The position numbers were made by a program, and so were the translations under genes. Below the pieces are notes generated by a model. That model saw only the letters and a program-made list of their open reading frames with translations. It was not told the DNA's origin and did no database searches. From an uncultured Flavobacteriales bacterium (lineage in GTDB: Bacteria > Bacteroidota > Bacteroidia > Flavobacteriales_D > Sanyastnellaceae), in the NCBI GenBank assembly GCA_937884175.1, contig CALGDB010000028.1, positions 1-44,907 on the forward strand: 44,907 bases of DNA, given 5' to 3'. Numbering within the stretch: the stretch's first letter is position 1; every line of letters begins with the position of its first letter. Below, one piece after another: positions 33,236 to 42,454 of the stretch.

Positions 33236-36200
33236 GGGTCACGTGGCCGCGCCACTCCTGCTGCGCAGGACGTTGCGCACGGGATTCCACACGCAAGACC
33301 CAAGTGTAGGCGTCGTTAATACCGAAATGCGTGCTTTCCTGTCCCGCTTGGCCAATCCAGTATTCCTCCGGATCGTGGGATTCCCAAATGAGTTGACCAT
33401 AACGATTGAACACCCGAAGCCAGTAGCTGTCCACCAATTCAGGGGCTGAAATTTCAGGGCGCCATCCGTCGTTGACACCATCTGAATAGCCGTTGGTGGG
33501 CGGAGTGAATGCATTGGGAACAAAGACCTGGAGGTTCTCTTCAACTTCAACCTCCGTCATGGCCTCGCCCTCGCAACCGAAGGCATTGACCACCAGGACA
33601 TGGACGGCATAGGTCCCCGGTTGATCGTAAGTGTGGGTGCCGTCCCAAGTGGTTGAGAGTGTGCCGTCGCCAAAGTCCCACAGTGCTTCTCCTGCGTCGG
33701 ATAGGTTTCCGAAAGTCCATGAGCTGTTCAGCGGATCAGGATTCTCGAATGTTCCTGCGTATGGGTTGGCTTCGAAGTCAACATAGGGACTCGGGAATAC
33801 GGAGATGCTATCCGTCAGTTCGACGGAATTTTCGCATCCGCGTTCATCCACGACGTGAAGCGTCAATTGATACGCACCCGGTTGGTTCAACACCAAGACG
33901 GAATCGAGGACGGGCAATGGCGACTCCACACCCGACTGCCAGAGACTGAGGGTTGATTCAACTTCGCCATAAGCCGCATTCAACTGCACTTCAAGCGGTC
34001 CACATCCCATCATGGGTTCCGCACTCAAGGCAGCGGAGGGAAGCGGCAAAGCCTCGATGGAGTCCACCGCCACCTGGGAGCATCCCCATGCGTTCGTCAA
34101 CACCGCCTCAACCGTATGCCAGCCCAAGCTAAGGAGCAGAATCGAAGCCGTATCTCCTGTCGCCATCCATTCGCCATTGACGTTCCATTGGACTTCGTCC
34201 GTTACATTCGCTACAGCTGAAACCTCGACATCGGCTGGGAATCCGCATACCGCTTCATCTGCAAGGGAAATTGAAGCATTGGGCTGAGGCCACACTTCAA
34301 TTTCTTTGCTCGCAAATCCTGCGCAACCGTTATCATCCACCAAGGTCACCCCTACAACCGAGGTATGCAATGTATCCACGGTTTCGAAAGCAACTTCCAA
34401 GGTCGCTTCGGCGCCCGCTTCCGCGCCATCCAAGACCCAATTCCAGTCCGATGAACCGGCGATGCCCTCGGCCGAGAACACCACCTGCACGGGGCTGCAT
34501 CCCGCATCGACATCCGAGAACACATCAAATTCAGGGGCTGCGTATACCATAACCGGCCACGGCGCGCTGGAACCACATCCCGATTCAGCATCGTAGGCGA
34601 AAACCTCGAATTCCACCGTTCCGGCCTCAGCCGGTTCGAACAACATCGAATCGGATGAAACCGATTGATTCGCCCAATTCCACTCCACCGCATCCGCGTT
34701 GAGTGCGTCAACCGTCAACAGCAGTTCTGAAGCCAAGCAAGCGTGTGAAGCGGTCATTGAAAAATCCAATTCAGGCACCGGCACAACTTCCAGAATCAAC
34801 GTGTCCTGGGTGGCGCAAGAGCCAAGACCGGCCTCGACAGCCAAACTGTGCGCGCCTAGGCCCAATGCCTGAACATCAATCAAACCAGTTGACGCGTCCA
34901 AAACAGCAGATGCGGGTGCGTCAACGGCCGACCAGGTTACCGCCACTGAACCGTTCTCAGCAGCGAGCTCAAGCTGTACGTTGGATGCACATGCTGCTGT
35001 GTCTGGACCAGCGAGCACCTGGTAAGCGGCACCCACAATCAAGTCGATGGTATCACGGGCGGCACATCCGGCCTCCGGAACAAACGTGCACTGCACACCA
35101 TAATCCCCGGGTTCGAGCGTTTCTGGGTGAAGGAAGTCCAATGAGTCAATCACCAGCACAGCGGTGCCCACCCCGGTAAAAATTGTCGTGCCAACTTCAG
35201 AAGCCACAGCGTAATCGGAAAGATCAACCGGGATGGCCTGGTTGCAGATAACCAGCGAATCCACGGCATCTACCGAGGATACTTCAAGCACCACTACCTC
35301 CCAGTCCGTGCTGTTGCTGCACCCCCAATCGTCGGTAGCACTTACGGCTACGGCGTGCGTGCCGTCGGTCGGCCACAGCACGCTCAGTACAGTCGTGTCT
35401 CCGGGAACAGTGATTTCGTCAATCGACCATTCCACGGCCAATGGAAATGCAGCGGCCTGCACATCAACTTCCATGACCAACACCGAATCGGGGCAAACTT
35501 CATCATCGGAAACCACAGCGAGTTCGGGCTTGGCGTGAACCTCCAATTCCAGATCTGATGAAACCGTGCACACCTCACCAGCGTGAACAAAGGCATAGGT
35601 ATGGGTGCCAGTCTGAACGAGGCTCAAGTCCACCGCATCCGCAGTTTCAGCACTCAAACCCAGGCCTTCCCAGAAGCCTGCCAGCTCCGCTGGGGTCGGG
35701 AGAATGACCAGCCCTTGATTCTCGCAGGCGTGCACTTTAGGACCCAAATCAAACTCAATGGGCGCAACCACTTCAGTCGGCAATTCCGCTTCATTGGTAC
35801 AGCCCGTCTCATCGATTACGGCATACGTCAACGTGTGCGTTCCTTCAGCTACCGCCGAAGCATTGAACAACCCCGATTCCACGCCAGTACCGGCCCAAAC
35901 TCCGTTGTCCGGAGCAGCCACGGGAAATTCCACAGTCCCTTCATTGGCGCACACCGACCATTCCGACTGCACAGAAATTTCAGGAAGTGCCTGAACTTCC
36001 CATTGCAAGGTTGCCAATGATTCACATCCCAAGGAATCGGTAACGGCAACGAATGCCATAACGGCTCCGGGAACCAGCAATGGCCCTGTACTCGCTTTCC
36101 AAGGAGAATCGCCTTCTGCAGCAGCAGGCGCTTCCCAAACAAAGGTGTACAATGCCAAATCCGTTGCTCCTTCGATGGCGACCTCGCCAAATGCCGTGTC

Positions 36201-38681
36201 ACCGGCGCAGACAACTGCATTGTTCAACGCAGTCAGCTCCGGCAAAGCCGTGACCTCGACGGCCATGCTATCGCTCACGGCGCAGGAGGCTGTGCCCACC
36301 GTGTAAACCAACACGTGCGTTCCAACGCCCGTCGCCGCGGGGTCGAACACGGTTTGATCTGCATTCAGTTCGACAGATCCGTCCCATGCGCCACCGGCGG
36401 GTTCAGATCCCGCCAATTCAATGGGGGCGGCATTTGCACAAACCGATACCGATGGCCCGGCAGAAACGACGGGAGGTGTGGAAACACTCATCACGACTGT
36501 ATCGGTATTCACACAGCCCATGGCGCCTATCACGGTGTATACCAAATCGACTTCGCCTTCCCCGACTTCAGCGGGGTTGAAGGTGTTAGCCGTTTCGTTG
36601 ACTCCCGGTCCGCTCCAGCCGCCCATCACGCCTTCCGTCGTGGGAAGAGAAACAGCATAATCTTGGTTGCAAGTGGCGTCCAAGGCCGGGGCTGTAGCAT
36701 CGGGAAGAGTAATTGGGGTAACAAAGGCAACGACATCGTCTTGGCATCCCGCATCATCGGTCACCATCAAGTCAACCGCGATCATCGACGCACTTGCATT
36801 GGCCATGACGAAAGGATCACCCGAGGTGCCAAAATTGACATCACTGGACCAGTCGAACTGGTATTCACCCGTTTCATCAATCGTTCCTCCACCCGCAAAC
36901 GCCTCGAGCCAAACGGTATCGCCGTCACAGGCGAGGCTGCCTTCGGTTGAAAGAAAAACGGTGGGGTTTTCGAGGACTTCCCACACCATCGTATCCGTTG
37001 TGGCACACGAGCCTTCACCAAAATGATAAACCAAGTCGTGGTGACCGGGGAGCAATTCCGCGAGGTCAATCATGCCGGTGTTGGCATCGGCGATGCCGGG
37101 TCCGGACCATGATCCACCTTCTTGCGCCGAACCCAGCACCATCAATTCTGTGCTCTCACATAAAACGGTGTCCAAGCCCGCTGTAGCCTGAACCGGGGCT
37201 GCCACTTCGAGCGTCAACGAATCGGATGATTGGCACCCATAGGCATCTTCGTACGTGTACACCACCTCGTGCGCGCCCAGTCCGAACGCACCCGGCACCC
37301 ATTCGTTTAAAACGTAATCTTCCAGGGTAGTCCACCAGCCACCTTCTGGTGATGCTATGGGGAATTCTTCGGCAATCAGTTGATCGCAACCCGCCCAAGA
37401 CGACGGAGTTTGAACGACCGGCAACGGAACAACCTCAATCTCGTGGGCCACGGTATCAGCACACCCGTAATCAGGAAGCCACGCCGGGTAGGGATCAAAC
37501 ACCAATGCCGCTTCGACCGTGTGGGAACCGGCAACTGGCTCACCTTCCCAAACAAATCCTGTTGAGGTCGTGGTCGAAGACATTGGAGTCCAAACTGTAT
37601 CGGCCGGAATCTCATCGACAATCCACTCCACGGAAGTATCCCAGCCGTACGAAGTGATGTTGGCCTCGAGGTCAACGGCCTCACCTGCACACGCCACATC
37701 GTCAGCCGAAATGGAAATCGAAGGAACAAAAAATCCATATGCATTGAACCCAACGCTGGTGGCACACTGCACGGCTCCGTGATCAACGGTCGTATACACC
37801 GAACCGAGTACCTGCGATCCGACGGTATAACGTGCGGACAAATCACCGGTTTGGCCACCTTGAAGCAATTCAGAGTTTGAACTCCACGTGAACTCGCCAT
37901 CGCCTTCGGCAACGAAGTCCACATATGAACCCATACAGTACCACGAATGCGAGGAACTCACCGATAAAGCCGGCGTCGGGTAAACGGTCACCTCCACTGT
38001 ATCGGCATGACTCCCGCATGCATTCGATGCCCATGCTACTACTTCATTTGAACCAGATGTACCAAATGCCTGAATGAGGGGTGCAGGAAAAGCCAGCGTA
38101 TCCCACGCTGATTCTACGCCCCATGCAAAGGATGTGAGTGCAGTATTACCCGGATTCACGAGAACCTGAATCGTTCCTTCTACACCCGCACACAATTCGG
38201 GAACATCCGAAATGGTCACTTCCGGCTCACTGGCCACCGCCACCAAGGCCGCGCCAGAGGTTCCTGTGCATCCTTCACCGGAAATATCCACGACCGTCAG
38301 TTCGACCTCGTACACACCGGATTCTAAAAATTCGATGGACGGGAATTCATCGGTTGCAGAAGCGCCGCCTGTCCAGGTGTAATCACCTCCACTGACGTGC
38401 CACAAAAATGAATATCCGGCTGTAGAAATGGGCTCGATCGTGTGGGCCAACGACGTTACGAATGGTGCACATGTGGCTTCTTCAACCAATTCTACACCAA
38501 AACCAGCGTACAGCGGATGACAATCGCACGGCTCCAGACAATCCTGGGCCACCGCAGTTCCTACGCACAGCAAAGCCCAGCAGCAAAATGCGAGGTGCAG
38601 CAGAATGCTTGCAAGTGCAGTAGAAGTTTTTCGTTCATCCATACGAATAGGCTTACGCAGATGGAGTGAAAAACGTTTCAT
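33225..38681 (-). CDS. Giant (about 1800 aa) T9SS type-B adhesin-like protein with many Cys-framed Ig/PKD-like repeats
   Basis: ATG at 38681 or 38642 (MDERKTSTALASILLHLAFCCWALLCVGTAVAQ). Repetitive beta-rich modules run throughout. A clear PKD motif (LWDFGDGTLSTTWDGTHTYDQPGTYAV) sits near the C-terminus. The type-B CTD is VPNAFTPPTNGYSDGVNDGW..VFNRYGQLIWES..GHVTLIR. Confidence 0.85.
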   Translation of the reverse strand: MKRFSLHLRKPIRMDERKTSTALASILLHLAFCCWALLCVGTAVAQDCLEPCDCHPLYAGFGVELVEEATCAPFVTSLAHTIEPISTAGYSFLWHVSGGDYTWTGGASATDEFPSIEFLESGVYEVELTVVDISGEGCTGTSGAALVAVASEPEVTISDVPELCAGVEGTIQVLVNPGNTALTSFAWGVESAWDTLAFPAPLIQAFGTSGSNEVVAWASNACGSHADTVEVTVYPTPALSVSSSHSWYCMGSYVDFVAEGDGEFTWSSNSELLQGGQTGDLSARYTVGSQVLGSVYTTVDHGAVQCATSVGFNAYGFFVPSISISADDVACAGEAVDLEANITSYGWDTSVEWIVDEIPADTVWTPMSSTTTSTGFVWEGEPVAGSHTVEAALVFDPYPAWLPDYGCADTVAHEIEVVPLPVVQTPSSWAGCDQLIAEEFPIASPEGGWWTTLEDYVLNEWVPGAFGLGAHEVVYTYEDAYGCQSSDSLTLEVAAPVQATAGLDTVLCESTELMVLGSAQEGGSWSGPGIADANTGMIDLAELLPGHHDLVYHFGEGSCATTDTMVWEVLENPTVFLSTEGSLACDGDTVWLEAFAGGGTIDETGEYQFDWSSDVNFGTSGDPFVMANASASMIAVDLMVTDDAGCQDDVVAFVTPITLPDATAPALDATCNQDYAVSLPTTEGVMGGWSGPGVNETANTFNPAEVGEGEVDLVYTVIGAMGCVNTDTVVMSVSTPPVVSAGPSVSVCANAAPIELAGSEPAGGAWDGSVELNADQTVFDPAATGVGTHVLVYTVGTASCAVSDSMAVEVTALPELTALNNAVVCAGDTAFGEVAIEGATDLALYTFVWEAPAAAEGDSPWKASTGPLLVPGAVMAFVAVTDSLGCESLATLQWEVQALPEISVQSEWSVCANEGTVEFPVAAPDNGVWAGTGVESGLFNASAVAEGTHTLTYAVIDETGCTNEAELPTEVVAPIEFDLGPKVHACENQGLVILPTPAELAGFWEGLGLSAETADAVDLSLVQTGTHTYAFVHAGEVCTVSSDLELEVHAKPELAVVSDDEVCPDSVLVMEVDVQAAAFPLAVEWSIDEITVPGDTTVLSVLWPTDGTHAVAVSATDDWGCSNSTDWEVVVLEVSSVDAVDSLVICNQAIPVDLSDYAVASEVGTTIFTGVGTAVLVIDSLDFLHPETLEPGDYGVQCTFVPEAGCAARDTIDLIVGAAYQVLAGPDTAACASNVQLELAAENGSVAVTWSAVDAPASAVLDASTGLIDVQALGLGAHSLAVEAGLGSCATQDTLILEVVPVPELDFSMTASHACLASELLLTVDALNADAVEWNWANQSVSSDSMLFEPAEAGTVEFEVFAYDAESGCGSSAPWPVMVYAAPEFDVFSDVDAGCSPVQVVFSAEGIAGSSDWNWVLDGAEAGAEATLEVAFETVDTLHTSVVGVTLVDDNGCAGFASKEIEVWPQPNASISLADEAVCGFPADVEVSAVANVTDEVQWNVNGEWMATGDTASILLLSLGWHTVEAVLTNAWGCSQVAVDSIEALPLPSAALSAEPMMGCGPLEVQLNAAYGEVESTLSLWQSGVESPLPVLDSVLVLNQPGAYQLTLHVVDERGCENSVELTDSISVFPSPYVDFEANPYAGTFENPDPLNSSWTFGNLSDAGEALWDFGDGTLSTTWDGTHTYDQPGTYAVHVLVVNAFGCEGEAMTEVEVEENLQVFVPNAFTPPTNGYSDGVNDGWRPEISAPELVDSYWLRVFNRYGQLIWESHDPEEYWIGQAGQESTHFGINDAYTWVLRVESRAQRPAQQEWRGHVTLIR

Positions 38682-38872
38682 TCAACACTTACAACCATTC
38701 AATCAGGATTTTAATCAGAGTTGTTGCTACTCATACCCCTGTAGAAGCAATTATTGACGTAAGTCTGTTCCTTCGCGAAATGTCTTGGGGTTAAACTTTC
38801 CCAAGTCGAAGCAGTGACGTACTTTTCGTGCACGGCAATTTCCCGCACTTTTTATCGGTTTTTTCATTCAAA

Positions 38873-40162
38873 ATGAACAGAAAATGGAATTTTCTGCTGC
38901 TTTCCGCATTGGTTGCAGCCACCCTTGTCGTTGGTGTTGATTACAATACAATTCAATCCCAGACCGCTTCGTACGATTCAGGTGACATCGCCTGGATGGT
39001 GGTCGCCAGCGCATTCGTCCTGCTGATGACACCCGGTCTCGCCTTCTTTTATGGAGGCATGGTGAACAAAAAGAACGTCATCTCCACCATGCTTCAGAGC
39101 TTTGTCGCACTTGGGGTGATCAGCGTTGTTTGGGTAGCTCTCGGTTTTAGCCTGTGCTTTGGGGATTCTATTGGTGGAATCATCGGCGATCCTCGGACTT
39201 ACCTCGCCTTCCGCAATGTCGGCCTTGTCCCCAACGGAGATTTTTCGGAGACCATCCCCTTCCTGCTTTTTGCGCTCTTCCAGCTGAAGTTTGCCATCAT
39301 CACGCCCGCTTTGATTACCGGGAGTTTCGCTGGCCGAATACGATTCCGCGCCTACATCTTGTTCATGGTGCTCTTCAGCTTGGTCATCTACCCGCCATTG
39401 GCGCACATGACCTGGCACCCAGACGGACTGCTTCGCAACTGGGGTGTTTTGGATTTTGCCGGCGGTACGGTGGTGCACATGTCCGCTGGATTCACCGCAT
39501 TGGCAGGTGCCTTGTTCTTAGGCAAACGCAACGAGGTGGACGACCAACCGGCCAACATTCCGTTCGTCATCCTCGGCACGGGGCTGCTCTGGTTTGGGTG
39601 GTTCGGATTCAACGCAGGTTCTGCACTTGGGGCCAATGCCGATGCTGTGAAAGCCTTTGCCAACACCAACCTCGCAAGCGCTACGGCGATGATCACGTGG
39701 GTGTTCTACGATCGGTTCCAGAACCGAAAAATGTCTGCTCTTGGTGCGTGCATCGGTGCCATTGTTGGCCTTGTCGCCATCACTCCGGCCGCAGGTTTTG
39801 TGTCCATTTCCCACAGCATTTTCATCGGCTTCATATCCTCACTGATCAGCAACTGGACCATCCGGTTCCAGTCGCGCTTTGCCATTGACGACACGCTAGA
39901 CGTTTTCGCCAGCCACGGTATTGGTGGCTTGGTGGGCATGTTGCTCACCGGAGTTTTTGCTGAAGAAGTAGGTTTGATTCACGGGGATGCAACCATTTTC
40001 ATTCGTCACCTCATCGCGTTGGTCGGGGTTGTCGTTGGTGTCTTCGCCCTCAGTTATGCAATCTATTTTTTGGTAAATCAAATCATTCCGATGCGGGTAC
40101 GAACCGATCAAGAGCAGCGCGGTTTGGATCACTCACAACACGGGGAACGAGTAAATACTTGA
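38873..40162 (+). CDS. amtB: Ammonium transporter (Amt family)
   Basis: ATG at 38873 (track GTG at 38828). The hallmark is DSGDIAWMVVASAFVLLMTPGLAFFYGGMV, followed by DFAGGTVVHMSAGF and GFNAGSALGAN. About 11 TM segments. Confidence 0.9.
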   Translation: MNRKWNFLLLSALVAATLVVGVDYNTIQSQTASYDSGDIAWMVVASAFVLLMTPGLAFFYGGMVNKKNVISTMLQSFVALGVISVVWVALGFSLCFGDSIGGIIGDPRTYLAFRNVGLVPNGDFSETIPFLLFALFQLKFAIITPALITGSFAGRIRFRAYILFMVLFSLVIYPPLAHMTWHPDGLLRNWGVLDFAGGTVVHMSAGFTALAGALFLGKRNEVDDQPANIPFVILGTGLLWFGWFGFNAGSALGANADAVKAFANTNLASATAMITWVFYDRFQNRKMSALGACIGAIVGLVAITPAAGFVSISHSIFIGFISSLISNWTIRFQSRFAIDDTLDVFASHGIGGLVGMLLTGVFAEEVGLIHGDATIFIRHLIALVGVVVGVFALSYAIYFLVNQIIPMRVRTDQEQRGLDHSQHGERVNT

Positions 40163-40319
40163 TTGGCACATAAAATTCAGCCTATCGTCGGGCAAACCGC
40201 CAAGCATGAATCTGAATCCTGCACGAATGTTTGGGCTGGCATTTGCCACAAATTTGTTAAGAAGTGCCAACGCGCAAGACGCCATCATCGAGGCCACGGA
40301 AGCGCCGTTGCAGCCCTAA

Positions 40320-41822
40320 TCACATCCACGGTAGATTCGTCGATTCTGCTTGATAAAGTACCAAGTCACGGAGCTGAGTAGCCGTCTCTTTTGGAATGAA
40401 TCGAACGACCACTGGACCTGCAGCCGTGTAAATACGAGCATGAGCGAGTGACCGGCGACGCATCAACCAACTTTCAGTGAGGACAACGCGCTGAGCCTTT
40501 CGCAACTCGGTTCGAATGTGCCTTTTGCGAAGCCATCCCGTGCACATGCGGAGTTGCTCATTCGAAACGATGAGGAGGACACAGCGAAATTGATAAACTG
40601 CCGCCACTGCCAACCAGGCGGCCCAGCCCAAAGCGCAGACTTGCATCCATACCTCGCCCCAAATCAATACCGGTGATACGACAGCCGCACGAATCAAAAG
40701 CATGCGAATAAGCATCAACCGGTGGGGTCGAACTTCAGTTTTACCCCCATAAAAGGGAGGGAACAACATCGCATTGAGCCGCTCAGCGTGATCGGACTCC
40801 AATCCGGGGATGGCCATGTTGACCCCCCCTTGCGACGGGTCCGATTGAGCCCGTGCTTGGTGGATCTTGAACGTTTCAAAACCTACCAGGCGTTGCAGCA
40901 AACTGCTGCCGCCTTCCAGCATTTGCACCTTATGCAGGGGGATTTTGAACTCAAATTTTTTCAGCAATCCACCTGATAATTCCAGCCCCTCAGCCTGCGC
41001 TCGCACTTGCAATTCGTAGTACCTCAGCACCGCACCTATGAGTGAGACCAGCATGCCCACGACAAGGACCCCAATGGTAAAAATCGGGATCAGAAGCACC
41101 CATAAAAACTTCAGCAAAAACCACGTGTACATAGGCACATCCGAGAGCCAATCCGAAAGCACGCCTTCCAATGGTTCTGCCAAGGCGACAATCGAACCAA
41201 AAGTAATCATCGCATTGCGCAAATGATTCTGCGTAAGGCCGACTTTGAACAACCGACCCCAGGACAAGGCAATCAACTGCTCGCCGTCCCGTTCATCTGC
41301 CTTTACAGACGTCTCTGCAGAATACTCGTTCACTTCAGAGGATAACACCGCCTTCAAGGCTTTCGCATCCTGAACCTTCAGGGCTGCAAGCTCAACTTCT
41401 GCACCGCTCGACCCAGCCGTGTCTACTTTCAGGCTCATGACCCCAAACACCCGCTGCCAAATCGATTGTTCCAGATTGACCATCTGGATGCGTTCGAAAG
41501 CAATCGTAATACGTTCTCGCTCCAATAGCCCACGGCGAATGACCAAGGCATCATCTGTGACTTGGAAGGTGAATTTCCAGTACTGAAACACAGCACTCAG
41601 ACCGGCGATAATCAACACCCCAAGGCCGATCCATTCCCAATAGGCACGGATGTTATCCGAAACAGCCGCTCCGGCGATAATCGGCCAGAACCCCCGAATG
41701 AAGATCCACGTGTACTTGAGGAGGTACTGAAAAACAGCCATTGGATGTTGCCTCCGAGCCAGTGGATATGCCGCCTGTAACTGGCGCGCTTCGGCTGAAT
41801 TAGGATCGGCGGACTCGTTCAT
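40320..41822 (-). CDS. YdbT-like membrane protein with repeated bacterial PH (bPH_2 / membrane-flanked) domains
   Basis: 500 aa. It contains TM hairpins alternating with three segments of the type ..I(A/P)...(I/V)Q(M/R)(V/L)...(S/E).(W/L).(Q/R)(R/L).G......(T/Y)A(G/A).. The N-terminal RRQHP motif resembles B. subtilis YdbT. It overlaps the upstream ydbS-like gene by 23 nt. Confidence 0.7.
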   Translation of the reverse strand: MNESADPNSAEARQLQAAYPLARRQHPMAVFQYLLKYTWIFIRGFWPIIAGAAVSDNIRAYWEWIGLGVLIIAGLSAVFQYWKFTFQVTDDALVIRRGLLERERITIAFERIQMVNLEQSIWQRVFGVMSLKVDTAGSSGAEVELAALKVQDAKALKAVLSSEVNEYSAETSVKADERDGEQLIALSWGRLFKVGLTQNHLRNAMITFGSIVALAEPLEGVLSDWLSDVPMYTWFLLKFLWVLLIPIFTIGVLVVGMLVSLIGAVLRYYELQVRAQAEGLELSGGLLKKFEFKIPLHKVQMLEGGSSLLQRLVGFETFKIHQARAQSDPSQGGVNMAIPGLESDHAERLNAMLFPPFYGGKTEVRPHRLMLIRMLLIRAAVVSPVLIWGEVWMQVCALGWAAWLAVAAVYQFRCVLLIVSNEQLRMCTGWLRKRHIRTELRKAQRVVLTESWLMRRRSLAHARIYTAAGPVVVRFIPKETATQLRDLVLYQAESTNLPWM

Positions 41823-42324
41823 CCAATTTTTGTCTGAGGCGTTTGGCCCGTTCTACATCCATGCCCGGTACGCGCAAATTAGCACCGGAGTTCCCAGCGG
41901 TATATAACTTCAAAGTGCATACGTCGAATGCACGCGCTACTGGGCCTTGGACAACCTCACTGTGCTGAATCCGGTTGAATGGCACCGTCACTGTCTCGCT
42001 CTTGAAATATCCCGATCGGTAGCTCAAGTCGTGCTCGCGAACCAGCACACCCCGAAGCGGAAAGCCTTTTACCTCTTCTATGGCCCATACCAGGCCGAGC
42101 GCTATGGCGATCCCAAGGGCCAACCACACCCCCCACCGCAGGGTGTTTACCGCTGTCCATTCGAACCACATCAGGACGCCGATGCCAGCAAAAACGACTA
42201 GCATAACCCCGGCATAAACCGCCGCGCGCAGTGAACGGTAGCGCTGCGGAAGCCCTTCAAATTCCGTTTCAATCAAGGAAGGCAGCGCATCAATGCGCAA
42301 AGAGTCATTCGAAAACACGGGCAA
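41800..42324 (-). CDS. YdbS-like membrane protein with a single bacterial PH domain
   Basis: 174 aa. Two TM helices are followed by YRSGYFKSETVTVPFNRIQHSEVVQGPVARAFDVCTLKLYTAG, the bPH_2 signature. It is paired with the YdbT-like gene as in Bacillus. Confidence 0.7.
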   Translation of the reverse strand: MPVFSNDSLRIDALPSLIETEFEGLPQRYRSLRAAVYAGVMLVVFAGIGVLMWFEWTAVNTLRWGVWLALGIAIALGLVWAIEEVKGFPLRGVLVREHDLSYRSGYFKSETVTVPFNRIQHSEVVQGPVARAFDVCTLKLYTAGNSGANLRVPGMDVERAKRLRQKLDERVRRS

Positions 42325-42390
42325 AAGGTTGGTGCTATGAAAGTACGAATCAACGCAATTTTCATGACTACTACTGCGTGATTCCCCGAA

Positions 42391-42423
42391 ACCAAAAAGG
42401 GGACAGCGGCTTCACGAGCCCCC
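42391..42423 (-). terminator. Probable intrinsic terminator after the SulP gene
   Basis: The minus strand reads GGGGGC-tcgtgaagccg-CTGTCCCC followed by TTTTTGGTTTC. The GGGG/CCCC stem has extra G-U and C-G pairs. It starts 32 nt downstream of the stop at 42455. Confidence 0.45.
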
Positions 42424-42454
42424 GTCCTCTTTCCAATCAGGTGTGTTCTAAGGT

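Noticed and set aside
38682-38872. Regulatory RNA or P-II (glnK/glnB) partner upstream of amtB, including small dyads (CTTGGG-10 nt-CCCAAG at 38784-38805 and CGTGCACG near 38827).
   Set aside because: There is no glnK-sized ORF in the 190-bp divergent region. The dyads are short, and I cannot match them to a known NtcA/NtrC-type or glutamine-riboswitch motif by eye.
40163-40381. Track ORF of 72 aa (plus strand) after amtB, and other 60-150-aa ORFs in the track such as 13..219, 33..458, 382..654, 784..1233 and 14922..15137.
   Set aside because: They overlap stronger genes or cross gene ends out of frame. They have no signal or family motif and show shadow-frame composition.
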